From the human T2T-CHM13v2.0 reference genome, Homo sapiens: DNA of 64,000 nt. Location: the NCBI GenBank assembly GCA_009914755.4, contig CP068257.2, positions 31,296,001-31,360,000 on the forward strand, written 5' to 3'. Below, piece after piece: positions 14,936 to 27,750 of the stretch. The notes beneath the pieces were generated by a model. That model did not search any database. It worked only from the letters and a program-made list of their open reading frames with translations, and was not told the origin of the DNA. How positions within the stretch are numbered: position 1 is the stretch's first letter; every line of letters starts with the position of its first letter. Position numbers and translations under genes: made by a program.

Positions 14936-15367
14936 ACAGAAAAAAATAGCCACAGAGAATTAAAGACATGGCATATTTTTAAGAGCGAAGCACCTCACAG
15001 AAACTGAGAACTCACAGGACTTAATAGGGCGAGGCATTTCAGTGTTCTGAGAACACCGTAGAGCAAACTTCTCCAGTAAGTATTCCTTCCTTAGCATTTC
15101 TGGAGTCCATAGTACTCGAAAAGCTTGATAGAATATTCAGTATCACTAGCTACCAGTGAAAATAAACAACTTACTTTAAAAAGGACGAAGTGAGCATTTC
15201 CAAGTGTCAGGTGATTAGAGCTTCCTAGTGTTCCCTGGAAAGTGGGGCATTTCCCAAAGCCCACTCGCTCTGATCCTGTCCTCTTGGATGGCTTTGGACA
15301 CTAGGACATCATATGGCTTTTCAACATTCCAGGATTCCTGACTTTGGGGGCAGAATCCTGCCCAGTG

Positions 15368-15421
15368 TTTTCTTTTCTTTTCTTTTCTTTTCTTTTCTTT
15401 TCTTTTCTTTTCTTTTCTTTT
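15368..15421. repeat. (TTTTC)n microsatellite, ~11 units (doubles as the poly-T of the adjacent reverse Alu)
   Basis: 'ttttcttttcttttcttttcttttcttttcttttcttttcttttcttttctttt'. Confidence 0.95.
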
Positions 15422-15703
<282 letters not shown>

Positions 15704-16475
15704 TGATGTTTTCTTTCTTGGAAGACCTAGATACAAAAAGGTGCTGAGGGTTTTTCTGGAATGGGGAACACATGGGTTCTGGTTTTCATATACCTTTGTG
15801 TGGTCTGAACAGGTTCCTCCAATCATAATATGCAAATATATATGATCCTAATGGGCTCTTCCCAAACCCTTTCCAGCTCCAAGACACAGAGCTTGATTAC
15901 CACTTGGTTACAGACTCACAGGAGGATACACAGAAAACTGAATGGACACTGCTGACTCTAATGATCTGCAGCGGAGGCTCTTAACCTCCAATGAGCCGTA
16001 GAGTCACCTGGAGGGCTCATTAACACACAGACTGCAGGGTCCTGCTCCAGAGTTCCCAAGTCAGATTCAGCGGGTCTGGGGTGGGCCTCAGAATTTGCAT
16101 GTTTAACAAGATCCCAGGCGATACTGACGCTGCTGGCCAGGGAACCACACTCAGAGACCCCCAGGGTTCCAGTAATAAGGAACATAGAGAATGCTCCCTA
16201 GGTACCTGGCACCAAGGTTTCACCAGAGTCACCAAGACACACTAAGACTGACTGGCCTGAGCTTTCCCGCCCCTAAAAGCAAGGCTGATGTGCAGGAATG
16301 CAGGGAAAGGACTCAATGACAGGCTACTGTATCTGGATGACTGAAAAACAGACACCTTCACCCCTGGTCAATCTCAAGCTGGCTCAGCATTTGTTTAGGA
16401 GAGTTTAGAAGACTTTAGCAGAGCCAGAGCCCCCAGGAGGGGCCGTGACTCATGTGTCAAACATCATCAGGAGAC

Positions 16476-16756
16476 TGGGCACCATGGCTCATGCCTGTAA
16501 TCCCAGCACTTTGGGAGGCCAGGATGGTGAGATTGCTTGAGTTCAGGAGTTCAAGACCACCCAGGGCAACATGGCCAGACCCTGTCTTGACAAAAAATAC
16601 AAAAATTGGCCAGGCATGGTGGTGCGTGCCTGTAATCTCAGCTACTCGGGGGCCAATGTAGGGGGATCACTTGAGCCCAGGAGGTTGAGGCTGCAGTGAG
16701 CTGTGGTTGCACCACTGCGCTCCAGCCAGGGCAACACAGCAAGACCCTGTCTTACA
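16476..16756 (+). mobile_element. Alu (older subfamily, AluJ/S-like)
   Basis: 'gggcaccatggctcatgcctgtaatcccagcactttgggaggccaggatggtgagattgcttgagttcaggagttcaagaccacccagggcaacatggccagaccctgtcttgacaaaaaatacaaaaattggccaggcatggtggtgcgtgcctgtaatctcagctactcggg...'. Confidence 0.9.
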
Positions 16757-16795
16757 ACACAACACAACACAACACAACACAACACAACAAAAAAC
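16755..16795. repeat. (ACAAC)n pentanucleotide microsatellite (~7 units) in place of the Alu A-tail
   Basis: 'acaacacaacacaacacaacacaacacaacacaacaaaaaa'. Confidence 0.9.
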
Positions 16796-17739
16796 CCACA
16801 TCATCAGGGAGCAAGACAGGGGTCTCAAGGGTGGTGGCAGGTCAGAATGTCACAGGCCGCATCAGCACATTCATTGCAGGCTAAGCAGTGAGAACATGGA
16901 GACTGTGGTCATCTAACCTTCCTTCCAAAAGGGGTTTTCAAATATTGTTTGAGTGGCAGACAAAGATATGAAAAACATTGAGGCAGAGCTTCTCTGGTTG
17001 AAGTGAGAAGAGGGTGGGCAAGGGGTCTGGAGGCAGGACAGGATGGGGAGAAGGATACCTCTGGCATCCCCCTTGCGTGGCCTTTCTCTTGATCTGGTGC
17101 ACCTGCAGGACCTCCATGGAACCCCAGGATTCCTCAGAACACAGTTGGAAAACCATTGAATGGACCTCTCCCTTCTCCCTCATTCACGCATCCACCAAAG
17201 GCTTTCTGAGCTCCTCTGTGGAGGAAACCTCTGAGGTGCTACAAAACACAGATACTCCCAGCACACTTTCTGACTTCCACAGAGTAGAAACTATCAGAAA
17301 AGATTAGATCATAGTTTTATTGGAGAATTGCTGGGCAATGCAACAAAATGAGTATGCCTGGGGTTATGAATACCATGAATACCTGGGGTTATGAATACCA
17401 AGAGCTATTCATGGTTATGGGTGGGTTTACCTAGTCATGGTAGCCTTACCTGAGACCTGGAGACTTAACCAGACAGTGGTAATGTCAGGCTCTGGCTCTG
17501 GGGGGAGGTTAGTGTGAGTGTGTGTGTATGTGTCTGTGTGTGTGTGCACATGTGCACGCTAATGGTAGTTCTTTCAGGCAACTGGACGTCTCTGCACATA
17601 GCAGGCGCTCAAGGGATATGGACTTTGACTGCTTCCATTGCCTACTCATGAGACCACCCTGTTCTATTACAGGAAGGTGGAATAGTCTCATGGTTTAGAA
17701 CATGGACTTTGGAGCCACGCTGCTGAAGTTCACAACCAG

Positions 17740-17890
17740 CCTGGGTGAACTTGGGCACGTGACTGAACCTCTCTGTTCTGGTTCCCTGACCCATAAAAAT
17801 GGGAGTGATGATAGCACTTGCTTCACAGAGTTGTTGAGAAGTTTGCATTAATCAACATCTCTAAAGCACTTAGGAAAGGCCTTGCTGTAT
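17740..17890 (+). mobile_element. MIR-like SINE fragment
   Basis: 'ctgggtgaacttgggcacgtgactgaacctctctgttctggttccctgacccataaaaatgggagtgatgatagcacttgcttcacagagttgttgagaag' resembles MIR 'gtgaccttgggcaagttacttaacctctctg...tcatctgtaaaatggggataataatagtacctacctcatagggttgttgtgagg'. Confidence 0.45.
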
Positions 17891-18979
17891 GACAAGGACC
17901 ATCATTTGATATGTGGTTATAAGAGGTTTTTTAATACTTGGACATTTTACTCTCAATAAATATTTGATTTTTATTTTTAGGAGGCAAGACTGGGAAAGCA
18001 TTAGAAGCTAGCTGCTTGGAGGCCTAAATCCTCTAACTTCTCTCAAAATTTCTTAAATTTTTAAAATATATCAGCTGGTACCTTCAAGGCCAGATGTGAA
18101 AGTTATTTTATGATGGGAGCATCAGCTATCTGGTGTAAGAGCTGAATAGCTCTTAAGAGAAGCAAACAGGGTTGGAATCCAAGACTGACCCCTGATCTCA
18201 AGTTTTCTACTTCCCCCACCTCTTTGTCATAACTCAAGAATTAGTGGAGAAAAGAAAAGCATCCTTCATAAGCTATGATTATTAGAACAGCAAAGCCAAG
18301 AACAGTGGCCATTTAATGAGCACATACTACGTGCTCTAGGCCATGCTCAGTACTTTACGTAGGTTCTATCCTAGGCTGGGTTTCCCAGGAGCCCCAGAGA
18401 CAAAGTTCATGTGCAAGTCATTTATGAAAGATAAGCTCCCAGGGAAAAGAGGTGAGTGAGTGAAGAAGCAGGACACGGAGAGGGAGGAAACCGAGCAAAT
18501 GTATGATCTCAGGCAAAATCGCTCCAAGGCAACTGTCACCTGATCCTGCAGGGGACAGTGGAGTGTAAATTACCCCAGAGTTATGCCCAGTAGAAGCAAG
18601 GAAGCTGGGCTTTTCTTACTTGCATGCCATCAGTTAGAGGATCAGGCCCACCTTGGGGGAATACAAATTCCCAGGCACTTCCAGCTCCACGTCTTTGAGT
18701 AAAGTGGGGCTCCAGTAGACCAAGGGAAGCCACAGGTGCTGGCTGTAGGTATGGGAAGCAAAACGAATCTCAAGAAGAAGAGTGCAAAAAAATGAGAAAA
18801 AGGGGTCCAAGGAGATCTCAAAGGAGAAGGAGTGAAGAAGCCCAGTCCTTCCACATAAGTGTGACTTGGCTCCAAAGAGAAAATCTGGAAGCCATGATCT
18901 TGGCCTCCATCAGCTATCATCAACAAATCGCAGGGGAGGCCATGTGGCCCATGGTTGTGAGTCATCCCTCGAGTAAGAT

Positions 18980-19345
18980 TCAAATCCTCCTGCTCCATTC
19001 ACTGACTGTGTGAACTTGGTGATCTCATTGACCTCATTTTCTGTATCTGTAAAATTGAGACAATAATAGAACTTGTATCAAAGTGAGTTGTTCTAGCTAG
19101 GTGTGGTGGCACACACCTTAGTCCCAGGTACTCAGGAGGCTGAGGTGGGAGGATGGCTTGAGCCCAAGTGTTCAAGGTTAAGGTGAGCCATGATCATGCC
19201 ACTGCACTCCAGCCTGGGCAACAGAGCAAGATCCTGTCTCCAAACAAAAGGGAGAGTTGTTTTGAGAATTAAATAAGTTACAACATGTAAAGCTCTTGGG
19301 GCATCAGCTGGCACATAGTTGTGCTCAATAAATGACAACTGTGAC
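18980..19345 (+). mobile_element. MIR SINE split by a later Alu-monomer insertion (MIR parts 18980-19095 and 19252-19345)
   Basis: 'gtgtgaacttggtgatctcattgacctcattttctgtatctgtaaaattgagacaataatagaac' and, after the Alu insert, '...catcagctggcacatagttgtgctcaataaatg'. Confidence 0.5.
19097..19250 (+). mobile_element. Free right Alu monomer (FRAM-like) inserted into the MIR
   Basis: 'gctaggtgtggtggcacacaccttagtcccaggtactcaggaggctgaggtgggaggatggcttgagcccaagtgttcaaggttaaggtgagccatgatcatgccactgcactccagcctgggcaacagagcaagatcctgtctccaaacaaaag'. Only right-arm sequence, no left arm. Confidence 0.8.
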
Positions 19346-19679
19346 AGTGTGGATGCAGTGTGGTTACACCAGGAATATGTACAGTGAGACAGGTATTGGT
19401 CAGGACACAGTGGGAGCAGGAGCTAGGTAAGCAGAAAGGGGCTGGTGGAGTGTGTGAGTCTGGGCAGGAAACAGATTAGAGTCCAGAGAAGCCCAAATCA
19501 AGGCAGGAAGCCTTGGGCATCAACCAGAGACTGAGCCAGGCAGGCTGAGACAAGACCCTGGAGACCAAGCAGTTAATAAGAGGCTTTGAGAGCAGGGTTG
19601 AAAACCCCAGATCATGGGTAGAGGTTCTTTGCTTTGGGGCTGATTTCATTTTGGCTGCTGGGTCAATTCTGTTTCCCTT

Positions 19680-20930
19680 TTTAAAAAATCTTTGTTGAGA
19701 CATAATTTGCATGCCATAAAATTTACTCATTTAAAATATGCAATTCAATGGGGTTAGTATATTCATAGAGTTGGGCACCTATCACCACAATCCAAGTTGA
19801 GAATATTTTCATCACCCCCGCAAAAACTGCATACCCATTAGCAATCACTACCCATTTCCCCTTCCCACCAGCACCTGGCAACCACTAATCTATTTTCTGT
19901 CTCCATAGATTTGCCTGTTCTGGACATCTCATATCAATGGAATCACATAATATGTGGTGTTTTGTGACTGACTTCTTACACGTAGCATAATGTGTTCAAG
20001 GCTTATCCATGTCATAGCATGTATCAGTTCTACATTCCTTTTCATGGCTGAATAATATTTCATTGTATGGATATACCCCTTTTATTTCTCCATTTATTAG
20101 GTGATGGACATTTGGATTTCTTCCATTTTTTAGCTATTATGAATAATACTGCTATGAACATCCATGTACTAGTTTTAGTTTGGACATGTGTTTTCATTCT
20201 TCTTGGATATATACTGAGGAATGTGATTACTGGGTCTTAAGGAACCTTTATTTTTAAGCTTTTGAGGAGCTGCCAAACTGTTTTCTGAAGCAGCTGCTCC
20301 ATTTTACATTTCCACCAGGAGACTACGAGGGTTTCTATTTCTCCTCATCCTCACCAACCCTTGTAATTATCTGTGGTTTTGATTCTAGCCCATCCTGGCA
20401 AGTGTGAGGTGGTAACTCATTGTAATTTTGATTTGCATTTCCCTAAGGGCTAATAATATTGAACATCTTTTCATGTATTTATTGGCTATGTGTTTTTCTT
20501 CTTTGGAGAATGTCTACTTAAAGGCTTTATCCATTTCTAATTGACTTATTTGTCTTTTTCTTATTGAGTTGTAAGAGTTCTTTATATATTCTGGATACCA
20601 GTTCTTTCTCACATAACATGATTTGCCAACATTCTCTCCTATTCTGTGGGTCATCTTTTCACTTTCTTGATAGTGCAGCACAAAAATCTAAGTTGAGGTA
20701 GTCCACTTTATCTATTTTGTCCTTGGTCTATTCCTTTGGTGTCATGTCTAAGAAATCATTGCCTAATCCAAGGTTAAGGATTTTTAAGACTTTTATAGTC
20801 TTGGCTCTTATATTTAGCACTCTAGTCCTTTTTGAATTAAATTTTGTGTATGGTGTGATGGAGGGGGTCCAATTTCATTCTTTTGCATGTGGATATCCTT
20901 CGTCCCAACACCATTTGTTAATGTCTGTTT
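19680..20930 (-). mobile_element. L1 (older L1M/L1P-type) 3'-region fragment, reverse orientation
   Basis: Reverse complement of the canonical L1 3' end: 'tttcatggctgaataatatttcattgtatggatataccc', 'ggacatttggatttcttccattttttagctattatgaataatactgctatgaacatccatgtac', 'ttttgaggagctgccaaactgttttc...tccattttacatttccaccagg', 'ctcattgtaattttgatttgcatttccctaa', 'gttgtaagagttctttatatattctggataccag', 'catgtggatatcc...caacaccatttgtt'. Confidence 0.85.
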
Positions 20931-20947
20931 CAGAGGTATGTGAACCA

Positions 20948-21479
20948 GAGCAACTCCATCTTGAATGGGAGCTGGGTAAAATGAGGCTGAGACCTACTGG
21001 GCTGCATTCCTAGATGTTTAACGCATTCTAAGTCACAGGATGAGATAAGAGGTTGGCATAAGATACAGGTCATAAATACCTTGCTGATAAAACAGGTTGT
21101 AATAAAGAAGCTGACCCAAACCCACCAAAACCAAGATGGTGACAAAAGTGACCTCTAGTCGTCCTCACTGCTACACTCCCACCAGTGCCATGGCAGTTTG
21201 CAAATGCCATGGAAATGTTAGGAAGTTACCCTTATGGTCTAAAAAGGGAAGGCATGAATAATCCACCTCTTGTTCATCATATCATCAAGAAATAACCATA
21301 AAAATGGGCAACCAGCAGCCCTTGGAGCTGCTCTGTCTGTGGAGGAGGCATTCTTTATTCCTTTACTTTCTTAATAAACTTGCTTTCACTTTATTCTATG
21401 GATTCACCCTGAATTCTTTCTTGCGTGAGATCCAAGAACCCTCTCTTGGGGTCTGGATCAGAACTCCTTTTGGGTAACA
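20948..21479 (+). mobile_element. ERV-type (class I-like) solo LTR, copy A (TG...CA termini, AATAAA signal); family not determined
   Basis: 'tgtgaaccagagcaactccatcttgaatgggagctgggtaaaatgaggctgagacctactgggctgcattcc ... ctttactttcttaataaacttgctttcactttattctatggattcaccctgaattctttcttgcgtgagatccaagaaccctctcttggggtctggatcagaactccttttgggtaaca'. About 90% identical to copy B at 36179-36716. Confidence 0.7.
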
Positions 21480-24379
21480 TCTAGATGACCTCACAGGGGG
21501 TGGCATCAGTGTGCTCCCTGCCACCTCTGCTGGACATTAACAGCTAGGACTTACAGAGACTTGAAGCTCCCATTTATTCAGTGTTTTCTACACATTCTCT
21601 ACACCAGTCCAGGCCTTGCTTTAATTGTATTAGAAAACATAAAATTGAAAGCAAAACTCCTAAATTTTCGTTTTGCAAAAGAAAATTATTTAAGCTCAAA
21701 TAATTCCCCATTTGGCATTTAGTTTTGAGATCCTCTAGCCTTTGTTATTATTTATTTATTTTTGTCCCAATGCAGCTGAAATATTTCTCCTTCTCTATCT
21801 CTGGGGCCTGTTTAACCAGGTGAAGAGTCCACACAAAGCTACAAAAATCAGTTGAAAATAAAAAAAAATTAGTGGAGAATTAGTTTTCCTTGTCTATCTG
21901 ATAAATGTCCCTAGACTTGTTTGAGTGGCTTTGCATCAAACAGCAATTAGCATGAAAGGACAGCATGACTGGGTGGTTTGGCTTCCTGCAGACGCAGCTT
22001 TGCTCACAAGAGCTTACTGATCCTTGTCACCACCCTCCTCTGGGGCAGGGCCAGGCCAGCTTGTCACCTGGGACTGGTGACATCTTCTCACTTGGCTTTT
22101 CCAGTGGAGTCTCTAGAAACAAATATTTTAGAACTTTCATCCGGACTAGGCAGGATTAAGTGAGAATCTCTTTAGCATCTGCCTTTGTTAGAATTAGGTT
22201 CATCTGTCTGAAAGCAAGGCCTCAAATAAAAGTGGCTTGAAAATGACCCAAGTTTATTTCTGTCTCATGTGCCCAGGGTTGGTGGGATGGCTCTGCTCCA
22301 TAGGTCCTGAGGGGCTGCTCTACCTCCTTAGCACAGCTTCTTATAGCACCAGAGGTCCAGCCATCACGTCTGCATTCCAGTCAGCAGGAAGAAAGGAGAG
22401 CAAAGAAGGGAATGTCCCTTCCCTTACAGTATGCTTTCTGGAAGTTGTATACCACTTCTACCTTCAGCCTTTGGCTAGGACTTAGTCTCAAGGACACACT
22501 TAGCTGGAAGCAATACTGCAAAATGCAGTGTTGTTATTCCACGTGGACCTGTGCCCAGGTATAAACTGGGGCCTCTACTGCAAAGGAAGCAGAACAGAAT
22601 TGACATTGGGTGGGGCGGGCAGAGGGGGGTTACTGTCTAGACTCTGCCAGAGTCCAAGGGCACTCTGTCCCAAGAGTCAAGGGACCTTTTCCTAATTTCA
22701 ATTCTGCAAATGATTTGTCAGCCCGGTTGAGGAGCAGGCTAGGACAGCATGCACAGATGCCGTCTTGCTCAACTTAACCCTTCTTCATTTGTGCATTTTC
22801 ATTTAATACACTTGGATTTGGTACAGAGAAGGGGAATAGGGTTCTAGACACTGAAGGAAATGAAATCCCCACATGGCTCAGAGCGTGGGGATTTTGCTAC
22901 TTGAAATACCATTGTACCCTCTCCACTTTCAAATGAAGATCCTGACATTGTTTTCCAGAACAATTGCACCGTCCAGACTCAGGGACCCACAAAAGTGTCA
23001 ATTCACCGCATGTTGGCTTTTTTTTTTTTTTTTTAAACTAATTGTAACAAGTGGTTGCTGTGAAACGCAGGCTTCCGAAGGCTGCCCTTCCAGTGACCCA
23101 TACCCTGACCTGGACAGACCACCTTCTGTCCAAAAGAGGAAAAGTTTTGTTCTTAGATCAGATGAAACCCTGGCTTACCCCTGGTGACCAGCGGGATTAA
23201 TCAGACACCAGTAAAACAGCTGACAGAAACACTGAACCAACTCACAATAACCAGCACACACATCAGGCAGCATTCCTCTGCGGGGTCTTACCTCATCCCT
23301 TTCTTTTGCCCTGAGATGCAATCCCTGCTTCCTGAGGCCGTGTTCTCTGTGCTTCTTAAAGGGAGCCACTTGCAAGCTAAGAAGCTGCCCATTTTTAGGA
23401 TCAATATGGTATTCCCCCAAGTTGGTTAGAAAACACAATGGCAGGGACAGAATTTGCAGCAGGGGTTTGTAGAGGATTAGGGCTGCTTCGCCAGGATTTA
23501 TCGCCCCATGCACAACCCAGACTGAAACCCTGGTCGCAGTCTGGGTGGTTTAGAATGAGCCAACAGGCATTGCCATCAGTTTTAGGCCTTTGAAAAGTAA
23601 AATCTTCCCAACGTGCAAAAAGTAACCACTAAAAATGGACCATAACCAGATGCAAAGAAAGAATGAAAGATTGTGAAAGGAAAAAAAAATTCTGAAACTG
23701 TATTTGGAAGGTTCCTGCAGAAGGGGTCCTTCTGAAAGTATGCAGCAGGCTTCATAGCTTGCCCAACAGTCATGTACATTTCAGAATGTAACTTTCCAAA
23801 GCAAGTTGCTTCTTTGCTTTACTACCTGCAGAGAGCCACCTGCTTCATTTAATCGTGCTTTGGGTTCTGTTTTATTTTTACTGTATCCCATTTTCCAGGG
23901 CAAAAAGCAGAAAGCAAATAAAACCACATTTTTGCTACTAACTTAATATGAAATCTATTTTAATTCAGAATGATTTCCCTCCACTTTTATTTTAAAACAT
24001 GTTTAAGAAGAAAAGCAAGCTTAGAGGATTTCTGGTCCTAAATACAGCGATTTCAAGGATTGTTATCAAAACCCTGAAGGGCAGTGTTAAACAATGGGAT
24101 AACCTTGAAATATAGGATGGCTAAGAAGTGAGAGCAAAATATCACTCACTAGTGGCTATTTGTAACCAGAGTTATGCCAGGGAAGGGAGAAAGCAGTGAG
24201 AGCCGGCAATATTTGAGACGGAAAGAGATGACAGAGAAAGGTATCTTTAGCGAGGAAAGCATTTAGTGACTTTAAATCAGATGCCAAAAGAATATTTACT
24301 GGGGGAAAAATCAATTTTTCTGTGCTGTGGAGGAAGCATTTCAAAGTAAGACAACCTTTATTTCCAAATGCCTTCTGGA

Positions 24380-24960
24380 GGCCCTCCCCGGAGGACACAA
24401 CACCAACGCTATTAATCTTGACTTAGTGAATGAACGTATTATACGGATTTCAATCCAGATCTTCAAGTCTTAAAGAGTTCTGAAGAGCCCAGATAAAGCA
24501 ACCCGTTTTTCCTTTGGTGATTCCTCAGGGGTAACTCACTTTAATTCCCCTTTCATCTCTATGGGAGGACTCGGAACTTTAAAAGCAAACAGGTTTCCTA
24601 TACTAATTCCTGGAGAGAAGGCTTCTGTTGCTTTCTTGCTGCTGCGAGACTGAAGGTGGGTGACCATCTTCATTTGTTACCTTGGAAGATGTGGAGAACC
24701 AGAAGTAAGTTTGAAATAATAGGCCAACGGTAGCTGTCTCCTTTCTTCGAGGAAAGTTATTGCCCTTCCAAATGCCAGTTTGTTTTTTGATTTTCCACGG
24801 TCCAGCCCCGTATTTAACACAGAAAGATGCTTTAGAAGCCAGAACACTGATAATAACCCCAAATATACACAAAGACAAAGCAGAGGGCATGCCTGTTTTG
24901 TCCCGTCAGACAAATTATGATCTAAATTTTCTGCCAACACCACTTTTTTTCCCCTGATTG
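24380..24960. promoter_or_regulatory. Candidate conserved noncoding element (CpG-retaining, repeat-free block)
   Basis: About 11 CpGs in ~580 bp of ~42% GC sequence, with no TE similarity. AT-rich homeodomain-like motifs ('ctattaatc', 'taattcc'). Inferred only. Confidence 0.25.
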
Positions 24961-25359
24961 TTTATGGCAACAGCAGCCTGTTTATTGAGATTCTAAACTG
25001 CAATGAAATTTTCTGGGATTGAAAAAAAGAGAATAAGAGAGTTAGAGAGAGAGAGAAGGCTTATTATGTAGAAGTAAACTGTTTCAAATGGAAACCTGAC
25101 TCCCATTGTGGAAAGGGAAAGCATTGAGGAAAATTACGCCAGATTATCTAGGCTAAAGGAAAAATTTTATGCCTCACTGTGCCACTTGCAAGGAACAGGA
25201 GAGGAAAGAAAACACTAGAAACTGTGTGGCAACAAATGACTAAATTGGGATGCAGAGATAGCAGCCTTGCTAGGTTCAGTCCAACTTGTACAAGAATGGT
25301 AACAACCTAAGGCAGAGATATACCAACAATTATCTGTTACCCAGGGATTATATTAATAA

Positions 25360-25704
<345 letters not shown>

Positions 25705-26939
25705 TACTACATTTTGACATAAAGTCCGAAGACGGGACACAGGTCAGCACTTTTCATCCTAAAGGGTTATCAAAAGACATCAACTTGTATAAAAACTGGT
25801 GTGAAAATCGAGTGATGTTTTAGTTGATGTCATATGTTTTGTTCTCTCATGTGTCCAGATCCCGGAATAGGCTGAGAAAAATAGAACCTGGAGTGTAAAA
25901 AGAAAAAAGAAACATGTTAGTGGATATAGGACATTTTGCAGCTCTCAATTTGATCTGTTCCACAGTCGTCACACAGGATGAGAAGATTGTAGGAATGTGG
26001 AAAAAATTAGAATAACCTTGCATTTCGAGTTATGGAAAAGAAACTTTTAAGCTTTTAACATTTCTGTGAGAACAACATGAACCTGACAGCTAAATCACTG
26101 AAATATTGATCACATTACAAATAAAAATTCAAACAAATTCGTTTCAATTGAAAGAGGAAAAACATTGATACTACTACTGCTCATTGGTATGGTGATATGC
26201 AAATGTGGACTCCAATAAAGGAATTTGTCTAATTTTTGGACCACAATTATGTGAGGGAATATCAAAATGTTTATAATTTGCAACAACACAAGGATGTAGA
26301 TTTTGTCTGATTTTGTTAATCTCTGAAAGGCTTATTTTTGATGTGAATTAATTGGATAGTCTAATATGCTCCCTTTCAGCCCACCATAAATATCTGTGAA
26401 TTAAATTATGTAAACAGTTTCCTCAAAAGCAGAAGCATTGCTAACTCCCTTCCCCCGCATTAAATAGTTCTATATGAGTTGACAGAAGGAGTTGGCTGTG
26501 TGACCTTTCGCAATGAACGGGGAACATAGCCCCCTCTGGCCTGAATCTGAGAGAAGCCCCTTCCCAAAGCCCTTATGAGATGATATACCAGAAAACAACA
26601 CATCTGACCAAGAAGTCTCTGAAGTTGCAGCCTTTTGTATTTACACTTTTGAGCTATCTCCATTGTGATGCAAATCTCGATTTTCAATCAAAATTGGCTA
26701 GAAAAAAAAATCTTTCTCTGGAAACCGTTGTAGGAAGCACGTAAGCCTAAATCTTAAATTTTCTCTGTTCTGACTTCCTATTAAGCCACATAACAAATGT
26801 TATCAAACACATACACCTTTTGCAACTGCTGATTGAAAACTCAACCGTGTCAACTAGCATTTTTAACTAACTATAGTTTTAGTCTTAAAGGGTGCTGAGT
26901 TTATGCGTTATAAATGAACACCCCCCTCCCTTTTTTTTT

Positions 26940-27750
26940 CTCTCTAATTTGGGTGCTCACGTCAAAAGCATCTAAAAGCATTTTAACTTTTGTCGACTGT
27001 CCCAATTCAAGTTTGTTTGAGAGAGTCCTCCCTTCTTAGCTTGGATCCTTTATATAAGTCCAGATGAATAAAATAAAATGAAATGCAAAAGGAAGGCATC
27101 ATTAATGGCTTGAAGGCGTCCCACTTTTATTTTCTTGTATTTTAAGAGCTGAAGTTGGAAATATGGAATCCTCCCAAGCCGCTCAGAAAGTTTGAAGACA
27201 CAGGGGGCAGGGACCCAGACTTATGGAAGTCTCCGCCTCAGGCTGAAGGTTTGTGGGCGTCTGTGTGTGCGTGCGTCTGTCTTTTACTGTACCCTTCAAG
27301 ATCGAGTTCTGAAGGAGCATTTCTCCTGCCAAAATACACACACAGCCTGGGATTAAAAGGGCTGAAACCTACCAGCAAGTTCTTAACGCCCTCCCACAAT
27401 CATTAGACCAAATCCACCATCATTCCAGATTCATTTTTCCCTTATTCATCTGTCCAACTAATTCCTGCCACATTCACCAGGCTTATATCTTAATCTTTTC
27501 TGTTACATAGAGAATACATAATGAAAAGCTGCATTTTCTGGGTACATGCACACATTTGGAGCGGATGAACCATATGTGAAGCGACATACAATGCTGAATG
27601 CCGGCTGAATGGCGTCCAGCGCTAAAAACACCGCGAGCGCAGGAACAAAAAGCCGGCGAACAAGAGCCAGCGCCAGGCTTGCCTCTGCTGGAACACCAGG
27701 GGCTTCGCCGCGAAAACATGGGTATAATTTCACTGTTTTCACTCACACAA
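26940..27750. promoter_or_regulatory. Candidate conserved noncoding element / enhancer block (CpG-retaining, TE-free)
   Basis: Dense CpG retention in non-repetitive DNA ('gtcgactg', 'gcgtctgtgtgtgcgtgcgtctg', 'agcggatgaaccatatgtgaagcgaca', 'gccggctgaatggcgtccagcgctaaaaacaccgcgagcgcaggaacaaaaagccggcgaac...ttcgccgcgaaaac'). Not coding-like; no ORF. Confidence 0.3.

Noticed and set aside
15368-15421. Regularly spaced short repeats considered as a possible CRISPR-like array (also the 22-bp minisatellite at 33925-34000 and the 42-bp triplet at 40300-40420)
   Set aside because: The sequence is eukaryotic. The units are contiguous with no unique spacers, and they are simple microsatellite or minisatellite or enhancer-module duplications.
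16696-16916. Three overlapping + strand ORFs with the repeated peptide 'TQHNTTQHN'
   Set aside because: They are translations of the (ACAAC)n microsatellite at the Alu tail.
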